Source: Eledone cirrhosa
Taxonomy: Eukaryota
Direction of reading: 5' to 3'
Assembly: GCA_964016885.1 (NCBI GenBank)
Contig: OZ024746.1
Coordinates: forward strand, 7,130,001-7,194,000
DNA length: 64,000 nt
The notes under the pieces are model-generated. The model searched no databases. It was not told where the DNA came from and worked only from the letters and a program-made list of their open reading frames with translations. The first letter of the stretch is position 1, and each line of letters starts with the position of its first letter. Both the position numbers and the translations under genes were made by a program. Positions 12,941 through 27,005 of this stretch are shown here, piece by piece.

Positions 12941-14584
12941 CATGAGGTGTTGGTGGGGCCCTAGATGTGACAGTGAAAGGCATGAGGTGTTAGTGGGGCC
13001 CTAGAAGTGACAGTGAAAGGCATGAGGTGTTGGTGGGGCCCTAGAAGTGACAGTGAAAGGCATCAGGTGTTGGTAGGGCCCTAGATGTGACAGTGAAAGG
13101 CATGAGGTGTTAGTGGGGCCCTAGAAGTGACAGTGAAAGGCATGAGGTGTTGGTGGGGCCCTAGAAGTGACAGTGAAAGGCATGAGGTGTTGGTAGGGCC
13201 CTAGAAGTGACAGTGAAAGGCATGAGGTGTTGGTGGGGCCCTAGAAGTGACAGTGAAAGGCATGAGGTGTTGGTGGGGCCCTAGAAGTGACAGTGAAAGG
13301 CATGAGGTGTTGGTAGGGCCCTAGAAGTGACAGTGAAAGGCATGAGGTGTTAGTGGGGCCCTAGAAGTGACAGTGAAAGGCATGAGGTGTTAGTGGGGCC
13401 CTAGAAGTGACAGTGAAAGGCATGAGGTGTTAGTGGGGCCCTAGAAGTGACAGTGAAAGGCATGAGGTGTTGGTGGGGCCCTAGAAGTGACAGTGAAAGG
13501 CATGAGGTGTTAGTGGGGCCCTAGAAGTGACAGTGAAAGGCATGAGGTGTTGGTAGGGCCCTAGAAGTGACAGTGAAAGGCATGAGGTGTTAGTGGGGCC
13601 CTAGAAGTGACAGTGAAAGGCATGAGGTGTTGGTAGGGCCCTAGAAGTGACAGTGAAAGGCATGAGGTGTTAGTGGGGCCCTAGAAGTGACAGTGAAAGG
13701 CATGAGGTGTTAGTGGGGCCCTAGAAGTGACAGTGAAAGGCATGAGGTGTTGGTAGGGCCCTAGAAGTGACAGTGAAAGGCATGAGGTGTTAGTGGGGCC
13801 CTAGAAGTGACAGTGAAAGGCATGAGGTGTTGGTAGGGCCCTAGAAGTGACAGTGAAAGGCATGAGGTGTTAGTGGGGCCCTAGAAGTGACAGTGAAAGG
13901 CATGAGGTGTTAGTGGGGCCCTAGAAGTGACAGTGAAAGGCATGAGGTGTTAGTGGGGCCCTAGAAGTGACAGTGAAAGGCATGAGGTGTTGGTAGGGCC
14001 CTAGAAGTGACAGTGAAAGGCATGAGGTGTTAGTGGGGCCCTAGAAGTGACAGTGAAAGGCATGAGGTGTTAGTGGGGCCCTAGAAGTGACAGTGAAAGG
14101 CATGAGGTGTTAGTGGGGCCCTAGAAGTGACAGTGAAAGGCATGAGGTGTTGGTGGGGCCCTAGAAGTGACAGTGAAAGGCATGAGGTGTTGGTGGGGCC
14201 CTAGAAGTGACAGTGAAAGGCATGAGGTGTTAGTGGGGCCCTAGAAGTGACAGTGAAAGGCATGAGGTGTTGGTAGGGCCCTAGAAGTGACAGTGAAAGG
14301 CATGAGGTGTTGGTGGGGCCCTAGAAGTGACAGTGAAAGGCATGAGGTGTTAGTGGGGCCCTAGAAGTGACAGTGAAAGGCATGAGGTGTTAGTGGGGCC
14401 CTAGAAGTGACAGTGAAAGGCATGAGGTGTTAGTGGGGCCCTAGAAGTGACAGTGAAAGGCATGAGGTGTTAGTGGGGCCCTAGAAGTGACAGTGAAAGG
14501 CATGAGGTGTTAGTGGGGCCCTAGAAGTGACAGTGAAAGGCATGAGGTGTTGGTGGGGCCCTAGAAGTGACAGTGAAAGGCATG
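12941..14584. repeat. 40-bp minisatellite, 41 units
   Basis: catgaggtgtt[a/g]gt[a/g]gggccctagaagtgacagtgaaagg. Confidence 0.98.
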
Positions 14585-15583
14585 TTTTATAACTAATATG
14601 CCTCTAATCAATAAAATAAGTTTTCTTGTTCAGTCTCTCCAGAGAAGGTTGGGTTTTTGCCTGCATAATTTTTATATATCTTTGCATATTTTGAAAATAT
14701 TTACCATCTTTTTTAAATGGTCCTTTTCTTTCAAATTAAGCAGAAAATTTTGTTTCTCATTTTTGTTAGTCTTCAAGGATGGCTAGCATGTATGTATGTA
14801 TTTGGTTTTTCCAGAGAAGCTTTTTATATTTAAAATATTATTTATTAGGTGGTTAGTGTTTTTATTTTTTTATTTCTTTAGATATATAAACAAGATAGAT
14901 ATTTAGATTATTTTATTTTTATTTATTTTTGTTGATTTCTTGAATCAAAAAATATGTAAAGCTTAATTTTTGACGACAGAAATATTTATTTTAGCTCTCC
15001 ATAATAGTATTTTCTCTAACTTTTGTTTTTCTATGTAATTAAAAAAATATATATATTGTTATTATTTGCAATGGCTGATGTGTTTTTTTTTATTTTATTT
15101 TTAAGGATTATTATTTTAAAAATTTTACTCATAATGATCAGTTTGACTCTTGTCTAATGTAAAATGATTGAGAGTTGGTAAATTCTGATATTTACTGCAG
15201 TTCAAGTTATTTTAGTAAAAAAAATACTGAAACCTTTTTTCAGCTATATATATATATTTTTTTTTTGTATGGATCAATGATGTAACCATATAAAAGTAAT
15301 TTTTACTGAATTTGTATATTTCTGTTACCTGTATTACACTTTTTACTCATTGTCTCTCCAGTCAGCCATTTCAAGTGACCATCTGTCTAAATTTCAAGTT
15401 GATTTTGAAGAACTTTTGATAAAATTAAAATAAAGAAGACTCAACCAAGCTAAAAACAGACTTAGCTGAATGTTAAAGTTTTTTTGACTCATCATATCAT
15501 GTCTTCAAATGATGTTGGTGTATAGTTTTACTCATTTAATTATTTGTGTGTGTGTGTTCATTTACCTTTTGTTCTATAAACAG

Positions 15584-15864
15584 GGATATAAGTAAAACTC
15601 CGCAGGCTCCACAGCCACAAAGACTGGGTGGGCCACCACCTAAAAAGTTGTGCCAAGACTTCCAAGATTATCCGGCTCCTGCAACATCAGGAATTCGAAG
15701 AACTCTGGTTACTTTATCAGATAACTCAACTATCAACAGCTCTGCTACACAACAGCCAAGAAGGGCTACACCTTCTACAACTGCCTCTGCCACAACCACT
15801 GCCACTAAACCAATTCTGCTTTCCCTCAGAGCTGCTATAAGATCATCCACTGGTTCACCACTGA
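15584..15864 (+). CDS. Internal coding exon of a BCL11-like zinc-finger gene (Pro/Ser/Thr-rich linker); earlier exons not identified, probably upstream of the window
   Basis: Acceptor ttttgttctataaacag ends at 15583; donor A|gtaagc at 15865. Open frame DISKTPQAPQPQRLGGPPPKKLC...SSTGSPL. It ends in phase 1, matching the phase-1 start of exon 30499. Confidence 0.8.
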
Positions 15865-17400
15865 GTAAGCTTTAGACATCTTTTTAACCCTAAATCCTAT
15901 AAAATGTTGATTCAGTAAACAAAATGTATGGTGAAAAATTTTACATGTAATTTTACAGTTTATTTTTTCTGCTACATAATGTCATGTGATTTGCCGTAGG
16001 TATTTTTTTTTTTTCTTTTGTCAATCTAGCTACAGACTCGCTGTTAAAATTAGCTTTTTACAGAAAAATAACATTTTTAAGCAAAGAAATAACTTTTTAA
16101 ATCTGGTCAAATTATATTTAAATCAAATTTTTAAAAAGCGAATGTAACATTTTTTTTATTGGTGAAAAATATTTTTTATGTACATGGTTAGCTACTACAG
16201 AAATGGTTAGCTACTACAGAACTGGAATCAATATCATGGTATTTTCCTATTCTCAAAATAGCTTTAATTTATTGGTGATTTCTTTTGATTCCTATTTTAC
16301 ATATTTCTGTATATTAAAAATTGGAAATATTTTTAAAATTTGATTTAACATTTTTTAACCAGTGTTTATCTGATCAAAGAACACTCATGAATAGTTAAAG
16401 TTGTGACTTAAACAATGAAATCAAGATTTTAGACATTTTAAATTTTATTTATTATTTTTTTACATATGTTGCTTATTTCTGTATCCTAGTTACAATTCTT
16501 GAAGTGTTGGAATGCTTCATATTTCTGTTTATTTGACCAATTTATTTTTACCTAAATATTTTTTCTAGTTTTCACATTGTTGACTTAACTGTTATTTCTA
16601 TTGCTAATTTCATGTACAGTTTATTGCTTCTTTCAGCTGAAACATATCAAAATATGTTCAATAGCTTCAGATTATATGTTAAACCTAGAAACCAATATTT
16701 TGTATTTCAGTATAGTGATTCATTCAATATTTTATTCTCAATCTGAATGAAACTTACAAAACATTCAATGCACAAATGAAATCACCTGTGGAAACCTTTA
16801 AAAAACAATCCCCAAACACCTTCTCGTTATTCACCCTGCATGTGAGGTCTTTAGTAGTTTACAGTTTACACTTCTGTTTACACCCTTCCCTTCAGTGATT
16901 TTCAATTTGTGTTTTTACTTTTCCTCCAACAACAAAAGAATGTATACACTGTTATTAATATCTTCTCACATCTATAAATATTGTTAAATTTTATCAAAAT
17001 CACCTTTGTAAACCATAAGAAATAATTATATAAGATGCTATTTTAAAGGCAATCAATGTTTTGTCAATATATTGAAAGCTCTTAACTTTTTTTCTAACTT
17101 AGTATGGTTTACATTTCATTTGTTTTCAATTCCAGTATACTGTTGTTGTTTTTTTTATTTGCTAGTTTTTTTTTTATTGTTTTTTTTTTTAAATTATTGT
17201 GTGTATGTTTGTGTGATCCTGTTAAATCCAGGAGTTGTGAGAAAGACTGCCTTGATAAAGTGAAACTTATTTTAAATGATTTATAATCACATTTTTATTA
17301 CACAGATAAAGCTATTTTCTTTCAAGCTGATAGTCTTTAGCTGAAATATTATATATACACTATTAAATAGTAATATGTACAAATCTGAAAGTATTCAGGC

Positions 17401-17580
17401 CAGTGTCAGATTAACCTAGACACAAGAGTAGCATTTGGCCCCACATTTTTAGGGGCCCTGTGCTAAGTGCTTTACACTATTATGCTATAGTACCGTTAAT
17501 ATTTATGCCATATATTTTTAAAACTTAAATCATTTTTATGGTATGTCCTACAGGACTCACACTAACCTAATCTGACATTG
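17401..17580. mobile_element. hAT-like MITE
   Basis: TIR cagtgtcagatta/taatctgacattg (1 mismatch), with internal ggcccc motifs. Confidence 0.6.
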
Positions 17581-18977
17581 AGTCCAGAGAGTCATGGGTT
17601 CATGTACTCTCGAGTCCCAAATAATGGGGGGGGGGTCGACTATTTTTCTAGGTTGTCTCTCTTGACTTTTTTGAAAACCAGAATTAGTTTTTTAGTTTAC
17701 ATATTAGACCCCAATCCATCTTATTTATTTTATAACATATGGGATTTCAAGTAATGTATAAAGAAAATAAATTGTTGCAGGAATGTTACCACTTAAAATA
17801 AAATTTCACCAGAGATAGATTAGCAAAATTTAACATGTGTGTGTGGGGGGGGGGGGGGGGTAAGAGTATCGGGGTGTGTCTGGAAAAAATCTAAAAAATT
17901 AATAGGGTGGGGAAGGTATTCAAGACCCAAATGTACTCCAGATAAGAGCAGCTTTTTAGTAAAACTTTGGGGCCAGATCATTATTTTGCAGTGAATAACA
18001 AATTGTTGATATTGATGATACTTAATATGAAAGACAAAGAAACTGGTTACTACCTAAAGAAATCAAGTTATATGGTGTCTTGACGTTTCTTTTATATCTA
18101 CAATCTTTTTATCTATTTTGTGTATGTGTGTAAATGTATCCTCCACCTCCTGGTCGACAAGATGGAGAATACATTGCCCTGGAGGACAGTGAGGGAGACA
18201 CGCTGGAACAGCCACTCCTCTCCACGTTGAGTGCTTTACAGTGTGGACTGGGTGCTTTTTGTTGTGACACACCTACATGACCACTTTACAGTGTGGACTA
18301 GGTACTTTTTGTTGTGACACACCTACATCACCACTTTACAGTGTAGACTGGGTACTTTTTGTTGTGACACCTACACGACCATTTTACAGTGTGGGCTGGT
18401 TACCTTTTGTTGTGACACACCTACATCATCACTTTACAGTGTGGACTGGAGCAGGGAGTGTAAAGGTGTAGGAGAATGGTTGAGTGATTAGGATGTAGGT
18501 GGAATGTTAGTGGGGTAGGGGTAGTTTCAAACAAATATTGTGATCTTAAATAAATGTTAAGGGTTTAATATCATTAAAACTCCATATAGGATGATGATAG
18601 GTTAACTCATTGCTTCATTATAATCATGTACGTACAACATTGTTCTCTGCTCACCAAAACGTAACAAATGGAGGTGAAGACTATTATAGTTACATTGACA
18701 AATTATAGAGGGAAGATTATTATAGTTATATTGACAAATTGTAGAAGGATTCTCTGAAAGTCAAATGGATATTTTTCTTTCCCTTACCATTGCACTCTAT
18801 ATGATCAAAACCTCCTCACAATATCACAAGTACAACGTATTGATATATGATCAAAACCTCCTCACAATATCACAAGTACAACGTATTGATCAGTAATTTT
18901 AGTGCTAATAGTTTTTAAATTACATTTTCTCAATGTTTCTTTTTGGGAAAATATTTATATATTTTTTTTGTTAAATA

Positions 18978-19247
18978 TGAGGATGTGCTGAAAAGTTCCG
19001 GCCTTTGGGTAAAAGTAAATACAGAAGGATCAGTTAATTATGATTTTATTCAACATATTCCCCTCTCAGATTCACACAGTTATTGCAGCAGTCCTACTTC
19101 CCCTGTAGAGGTAACAACTCTACCGTTTCACAGTCCTACCTCCCCTGTAAAGGTAACAGCTCTATCCTGTCACAGTCCTGCCTCTCCTGTAAAGGTAACA
19201 GCTCTACACAATACCCTTAAAGCCAGGTACTTTTCAGCACCCCCTCG
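18978..19247. mobile_element. Mariner-like MITE with three internal ~42-bp tandem repeats
   Basis: TA|tgaggatgtgctgaaaagttccggccttt...aaagccaggtacttttcagcaccccctcg|TA. Confidence 0.8.
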
Positions 19248-20130
19248 TATATTTTCTCTTATCCCTTCATCAGACTAATATGTATTTACCCATTATTTTC
19301 CTTTCCTTTGTTTTCTTTCCTCCTATCTGTTTTATCACACTCACATCATACCAGCAGAAAGATTTATTTTTCTGTTGCATGATCAACCATTTTAAAATGG
19401 TACTCTCAATTAAATCATGCGAAACCATTTTGCTTGTTTGAGAGCTAATGAGGGTGAAGATGTGTAAACTTATCTTATACATCACTTTTCTTTATTTCCT
19501 TCTTCCAGTCACTTTTGTGTACCAACACACTTCTCATATCACCCTCCTCTTTCAATATTTTCTATATTTTATCTGCCTATCACCCACCTTGTGGATTGTC
19601 TATGTTGACCACTGGCTGCTGGTCTGTCTTCTGAGGCAATTTTGCTCATCAATGTCTTTGACAGAATTTGGCTTTTTTAATGGCTATATTAGCGATGAGT
19701 TTTCTCATTTTTATATGCATTCAGATACACTCTCGCTTCATCTCAATAAGAGACAACATTGTTTTTTCACACACAGATATGTTTATATATATACAAGACA
19801 AAACTGGTTAGTTATGATAATATTTAGCTCATGTTTGTTATGATTAAATAACCTTTAGTATAATAGTTATTGTATGACCAAAAACTTTATATTTTTACTA
19901 GATGATAATTTTCAACATTAGATTAAATTCTGTCAAGTAATGTTTGAAATAATATTTGTGGAAAACTGTGAGTCTTATGTTGTAACTGTTTCACATCATT
20001 AATGTGGCTAAGACATTAATGTAACAAGTTCTTCAGAGAGACTCAATCTTCAATTGAAGTTTTTTAGCTTGAAAATTATATTGGACCAATGCAAAAGAAA
20101 TTATTATTATTGTTGTTGTTTTTATTATGA

Positions 20131-20380
20131 GAGTGTTAGATTGGCAGTATCGGTAGAGCGACAGACAACATGCTTTGTAGCATAGTTAGTTGCAGCTCTT
20201 TACATTCGGAGTTCAAATCCCGCCGAGGTTAGCTTTGCCTTTCATCTTTACGGGGTTCGATAAAATAAAGTACCAGTAACGTACTGGAGTCGATTTAATC
20301 GACTTTCCCCGCCTCTCCCAAAATTGCTGGCCTTGTGCCTAAATCAGAAACCACTATTATTATTATTATTATTATTATTA
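20131..20380 (+). mobile_element. tRNA-derived SINE (best-preserved copy in the window)
   Basis: A box tggcagtatcggtagagcg; B box gagttcaaatccc; central gcctttcatc..ggggttcgataaaataaagtaccag (Meta-domain-like); (att)n tail. Confidence 0.85.
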
Positions 20381-20457
20381 ATGTTAACATTTTCTTTTGT
20401 TATTTTTGCTGTTTTATTTTTTCTATTTTAATGGAATTTATTTTCTTTTTTGTATTT

Positions 20458-23400
20458 GTAATTGATGTGTAGCAGCTTATGTGTGTAATTGATGTGTAGC
20501 AGTTTATGTGTGTAATTGATGTGTAGCAGTTTGTGTGTGTAATTGATGTGTAGCAGTTTATGTGTAATTGATGTGTAGCAGTTTATGTGTAATTTATGTG
20601 TAGCAGTTTATGTGTAATTGATGTGTAGCAGTTTATGTGTAATTGATGTGTAGCAGTTTGTGTAATTGATGTGTAGCAGTTTGTGTGTGTAATTGATGTG
20701 TAGCAGTTTATGTGTGTAATTGATGTGTAGCAGTTTGTGTGTGTAATTGATGTGTAGCAGTTTATGTGTAATTGATGTGTAGCAGTTTATGTGTAATTGA
20801 TGTGTAGCAGTTTATGTGTAATTGATGTGTAGCAGTTTGTGTAATTGATGTGTAGCAGTTTATGTGTAATTGATGTGTAGCAGTTTGTGTGTGTAATTGA
20901 TGTGTAGCAGTTTATGTGTAATTGATGTGTAGCAGTTTATGTGTAATTGATGTGTAGCAGTTTATGTGTGTAATTGATGTGTAGCAGTTTGTGTGTAATT
21001 GATGTGTAGCAGTTTGTGTGTAATTGATGTGTAGCAGTTTATGTGTAATTGATGTGTAGCAGTTTATGTGTAATTGATGTGTAGCAGTTTGTGTGTGTAA
21101 TTGATGTGTAGCAGTTTATGTGTAATTGATGTGTAGCAGTTTATGTGTGTAATTGATGTGTAGCAGTTTGTGTGTAATTGATGTGTAGCAGTTTATGTGT
21201 AATTGATGTGTAGCAGTTTATGTGTAATTGATGTGTAGCAGTTTATGTGTAATTGATGTGTAGCAGTTTGTGTGTGTAATTGATGTGTAGCAGTTTATGT
21301 GTAATTGATGTGTAGCAGTTTGTGTGTGTAATTGATGTGTAGCAGTTTATGTGTAATTGATGTGTAGCAGTTTATGTGTAATTGATGTGTAGCAGTTTGT
21401 GTAATTGATGTGTAGCAGTTTATGTGTAATTGATGTGTAGCAGTTTGTGTGTGTAATTGATGTGTAGCAGTTTATGTGTAATTGATGTGTAGCAGTTTGT
21501 GTGTGTAATTGATGTGTAGCAGTTTATGTGTAATTGATGTGTAGCAGTTTATGTGTAATTGATGTGTAGCAGTTTGTGTGTGTAATTGATGTGTGGGCAG
21601 TTTATGTGTAATTGATGTGTAGCAGTTTCTGTGTGTAATTGATGTGTAGCAGTTTATGTGTAATTGATGTGTAGCAGTTTATGTGTAATTGATGTGTAGC
21701 AGTTTATGTGTAATTGATGTGTAGCAGTTTGTGTGTGTAATTGATGTGTAGCAGTTTATGTGTAATTGATGTGTAGCAGTTTATGTGTAATTGATGTGTA
21801 GCAGTTTGTGTGTGTAATTGATGTGTGGGCAGTTTATGTGTAATTGATGTGTAGCAGTTTCTGTGTGTAATTGATGTGTAGCAGTTTATGTGTAATTGAT
21901 GTGTAGCAGTTTGTGTGTGTAATTGATGTGTAGCAGTTTATGTGTAATTGATGTGTAGCAGTTTATGTGTGTAATTGATGTATAGCAGTTTGTGTGTAAT
22001 TGATGTGTAGCAGTTTGTGTGTAATTGATGTGTAGCAGTTTATGTGTAATTGATGTGTAGCAGTTTATGTGTAATTGATGTGTAGCAGTTTGTGTGTGTA
22101 ATTGATGTGTAGCAGTTTGTGTGTAATTGAGGTGTAGCAGTTTATGTGTAATTGATGTGTAGCAGTTTATGTGTAATTGATGTGTAGCAGTCTGTGTGTG
22201 TAGCAGTTTATGTGTAATTGATGTGTAGCAGTTTGTGTGTGTAATTGATGTGTAGCAGTTTATGTGTAATTGATGTGTAGCAGTTTGTGTGTGTAATTGA
22301 TGTGTAGCAGTTTATGTCTAATTGATGTGTAGCAGTTTATGTGTAATTGATGTGTAGCAGTTTATGTGTGTAATTGATGTGTAGCAGTTTGTGTGTAATT
22401 GATGTGTAGCAGTTTATGTGTAATTGATGTATAGCAGTTTATGTGTAATTGATGTGTAGCAGTTTGTGTGTGTAATTGATGTGTGGGCAGTTTATGTGTA
22501 ATTGATGTGTAGCAGTTTGTGTGTGTAATTGATGTGTAGCAGTTTATGTGTAATTGATGTGAAGCAGTTTATGTGTAATTGATGTGTAGCAGTTTGTGTG
22601 TGTAATTGATGTGTGGGCAGTTTATGTGTAATTGATGTGTAGCAGTTTATGTGTAATTGATGTGTAGCAGTTTGTGTGTGTAATTGATGTGTAACAGTTT
22701 ATGTGTAATTGATGTGTAGCAGTTTATGTGTGTAATTGATGTGTAGCAGTTTGTGTGTAATTGATGTGTAGCAGTTTATGTGTAATTGATGTGTAGCAGT
22801 TTATGTGTAATTGATGTGTAGCAGTTTGTGTGTGTAATTGATGTGTAGCAGTTTATGTGTAATTGATGTGTAGCAGTTTATGTGTGTAATTGATGTGTAG
22901 CAGTTTGTGTGTGTAATTGATGTGTAGCAGTTTATGTGTAATTGATGTGTAGCAGTTTGTATGTGTAATTGATGTGTAGCAGTTTATGTGTAATTGATGT
23001 GTAGCAGTTTATGTGTGTAATTGATGTGTAGCAGTTTGTGTGTAATTGATGTGTAGCAGTTTATGTGTAATTGATGTGTAGCAGTTTATGTGTAATTGAT
23101 GTGTAGCAGTTTATGTGTAATTGATGTGTAGCAGTTTATGTGTGTAATTGATGTGTAGCAGTTTGTGTGTAATTGATGTGTAGCAGTTTATGTGTAATTG
23201 ATGTGTAGCAGTTTATGTGTAATTGATGTGTAGCAGTTTGTGTGTGTAATTGATGTGTGGGCAGTTTATGTGTAATTGATGTGTAGCAGTTTATGTGTAA
23301 TTGATGTGTAGCAGTTTGTGTGTGTAATTGATGTGTAGCAGTTTATGTGTAATTGATGTGTAGCAGTTTATGTGTGTAATTGATGTGTAGCAGTTTGTGT

Positions 23401-24254
23401 GTAATTGATGTGTAGCAGTTGATGTGTAATTGATGTGTAGCAGTTTGTGTGTGTAATTGATGTGTAGCAGTTTATGTGTAATTGATGTGTAGCAGTTTAT
23501 GTGTGTAATTGATGTGTAGCAGTTTGTGTGTGTAATTGATGTGTAGCAGTTTATGTGTAATTGATGTGTAGCAGTTTATGTGTGTAATTGATGTGTAGCA
23601 GTTTGTGTGTGTAATTGATGTGTAGCAGTTTATGTGTAATTGATGTGTAGCAGTTTGTATGTGTAATTGATGTGTAGCAGTTTATGTGTAATTGATGTGT
23701 AGCAGTTTATGTGTGTAATTGATGTGTAGCAGTTTGTGTGTAATTGATGTGTAGCAGTTTATGTGTAATTGATGTGTAGCAGTTTATGTGTAATTGATGT
23801 GTAGCAGTTTATGTGTGTAATTGATGTGTAGCAGTTTGTGTGTAATTGATGTGTAGCAGTTTATGTGTAATTGATGTGTAGCAGTTTATGTGTAATTGAT
23901 GTGTAGCAGTTTGTGTGTGTAATTGATGTGTAGCAGTTTATGTGTAATTGATGTGTAGCAGTTTATGTGTGTAATTGATGTGTAGCAGTTTGTGTGTAAT
24001 TGATGTGTAGCAGTTTATGTGTAATTGATGTGTAGCAGTTTATGTGTAATTGATGTGTAGCAGTTTGTGTGTGTAATTGATGTGTAGCAGTTTATGTGTA
24101 ATTGATGTGTAGCAGTTTGTGTGTGTAATTGATGTGTAGCAGTTTGTGTGTGTAATTGATGTGTAGCAGTTTATGTGTAATTGATGTGTAGCAGTTTATG
24201 TGTAATTGATGTGTAGCAGTTTATGTGTAATTGATGTGTAGCAGTTTCTGTGTA
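20458..24254. repeat. 23-27-bp minisatellite, about 145 units
   Basis: taattgatgtgtagcagttt[a/g]tgtg(tg). Confidence 0.97.
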
Positions 24255-24337
24255 TTTTACAAGGTGATAAGTAAAATTTCAAATATATACAACTTATCAC
24301 AACCAGTTACTTCTTCTGAGCTCTTTACACAGGAATA

Positions 24338-25632
24338 CGGCATACTCTCACAGATATGGGTATATTCTCACACATAAGAGCATACTCTCACACATAAGGG
24401 CATACTCTCACAGATATGGGTATACTCTCACACATAAGGGCATACTCTCACAGATATGGGTATACTCTCACACATAAGAGCATACTCTCACACATAAGGG
24501 CATACTCTCACAGATATGGGTATACTCTCACACATAAGGGCATACTCTCAGATATGGGTATACTCTCACACATAAGAGCATACTCTCACACATAAGAGCA
24601 TACTCTCACAGATATGGATATACTCTCACACATAAGGGCATACTCTCACAGATATGGGTATACTCTCACACATAAGGGCATACTCTCACAGATATGGGTA
24701 TACTCTCACACATAAGGGCATACTCTCACAGATATGGGTATACTCTCACACATAAGGGCATACTCTCACACATACGGGCATACTCTCACAGATATGGGTA
24801 TACTCTCACACATAAGGGCATACTCTCACACATAAGAGCATCCTCACACATAAGGGCATACTCTCACACATAAGGGCATACTCTCACATATAAGAGCATA
24901 CTCTCACACATAAGAGCATACTCTCACACATAAGAGCATACTCTCACACATAAGGGCATACTCTCACACATAAGAGCATACTCTCACACATAAGGGCATA
25001 CTCTCACACATAAAGGCATACTCCCACAGATAAGGGCATACTCTCACATATAAGAGCATACTCTCACATAAGGGCATACTCTCACACATAAGGGCATACT
25101 CTCACATATAAGAGCATACTCTCACATATAAGAGCATACTCTCACACATAAGAGCATACTCTCACAGATAAGGGCATACTCTCACACATAAGGGCATACT
25201 CTCACACATAAGGGCATACTCTCACACATAAGAGCATACTCTCACACATAAGGGCATACTCTCACACATAAGAGCATACTCTCACACATAAGGGCATACT
25301 CTCACACATAAAGGCATACTCCCACAGATAAGGGCATACTCTCACATATAAGAGCATACTCTCACATAAGGGCATACTCTCACACATAAGGGCATACTCT
25401 CACATATAAGAGCATACTCTCACATATAAGAGCATACTCTCACACATAAGAGCATACTCTCACAGATAAGGGCATACTCTCACACATAAGGGCATACTCT
25501 CACACATAAGGGCATACTCTCACACATAAGGGCATACTCTCACACATAAGGACATACTCTCACACATAAGGGCATACTCTCACACATAAGGGCATACTTT
25601 CACACATAAGAGCATACTCTCACACATAAGGG
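24338..25632. repeat. 20-bp minisatellite, about 65 units
   Basis: catactctcacacataag[a/g]g, alternating with a cagatatgggt variant in the left part. Confidence 0.97.
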
Positions 25633-26109
25633 TACACTTTCTCACACATACACACACTCCAGTTGAGCTTTATCTTAATAGCAAGAAAGTTTAAATCTCA
25701 CCAACATCAATTTTGCTTTTTACCCTTTTTGACTGAACTGGAATGTGTGTTGTGTTCTTGAGCAAGACACTTTATTTCATGTTGCTCCAGTTCACTCAGC
25801 TGTAGAAATGATGTCACTTGCGCCAAGCTGTATCAGCCATTGGTGGTGTGGAAAGGGGTGATTGGAATGCATGGGGTGACTGCTGGTATTCCACAAAAAC
25901 ACCTTGCCCTGACTTGTGCCTTGGAGGGGAACTTTCCAGGTGCATGGTCATTCGTGACTGAAGGGGGCTTACAGTGATAAGTTATAATGCCTTTTCATTA
26001 CTATCGTTGTTCACAGTATTTTGATATGATACATTTATAATACCTAGGTTTTTTTGGTGTGTGGATAAAGATCCACTAATATTAAGGGTTTTTGTTTGGA
26101 GAAGGGTTT

Positions 26110-26370
26110 CTTTATGGGCATGTGATTAGAATATCTCATGAAAAAATCGCTGGACAGATTTTATGGGCAAAATTAACCAGCAGGAGACCCAGAGCTAGAC
26201 CCCAAGCAAGATGGTTGAATAACATCCGTGAGATCAGCTAGTCACACTTGGGGATGCAGCTGGATCAGTTGGAGACGGTTGCTTCTGACAGGACCCACTG
26301 TAAGGAGTGTTTGAGGACACTGTCTCCACAACCCTCACAGGAATGAGTGGGTGAAGAAGAGGAAGAAGAG
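26110..26370 (+). mobile_element. Probable degraded non-LTR retrotransposon 3' fragment
   Basis: Degraded GHV..R / RP.GRPR.RW-like coding remnant ending in a (gaa)n tail. Confidence 0.45.
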
Positions 26371-26711
26371 CTAAATTACATCCCTATAGCAGAGGAAAAT
26401 GTTATTAAATACAGTTGTTATTAACGGTGTAGCTGTTTATATCATCAACAAAGATATGGGTTTTAATCAGGTTTCTGTATGTTGTAGATCCTTGCATATA
26501 ACTGTTGGATTTTTGTAAAAGAAAGCACTAAATTTATAGCCCAAACAAATAGAAGCATAGGCAGATTGTCTTGTTGGAATAATGCTTCCTTCCAAAAGAT
26601 TTACATCAAATAATAGTGCTTTTAGTTACTAGTGGAAGGATAGTTGACCAGATTTTGTAAGGTTTTCAATAGCAGTGATCTGGAATGGAGAATAGTCAAA
26701 TGTTTGTAAAG

Positions 26712-27005
26712 TGAAGGTATGTGGTTCTGAAGTTCGGGTATTTGGCTCACGAGTCTTGATTCCTCGTGGCACACTGTGTCTTTGAACAAGACACTTTATT
26801 TCACGTTGCTCCAGTCCACTCAGCTGGCAAAAAGGAGTTCGAAGAGCTAGCCTTGTAACATTGTGTTATGCTGAATCTCCCTGATAACTATTTTAAGGGT
26901 ACACGTATGTGTAGAATGCTCAGCCACTTGCACGGTTATTTTATGAGCAGGCTGTTCTGTTGATCGTATCAACAGGAATACTCGTAATCGGTGGAGTGCC
27001 ACTAC
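26712..27005 (+). mobile_element. Second SINE family with a CORE-like domain; related pieces at 25745-25970 (+), 31050-31165 (+) and 38640-38750 (-)
   Basis: Shared tgtgtc(t/c)ttga(a/g)caagacactttatttca(c/t)gttgctccagt.cactcagctg. Confidence 0.65.

Noticed and set aside
3676-14584. CRISPR-like appearance of the 34- and 40-bp repeats
   Set aside because: There are no unique spacers or cas genes, and the context is eukaryotic.
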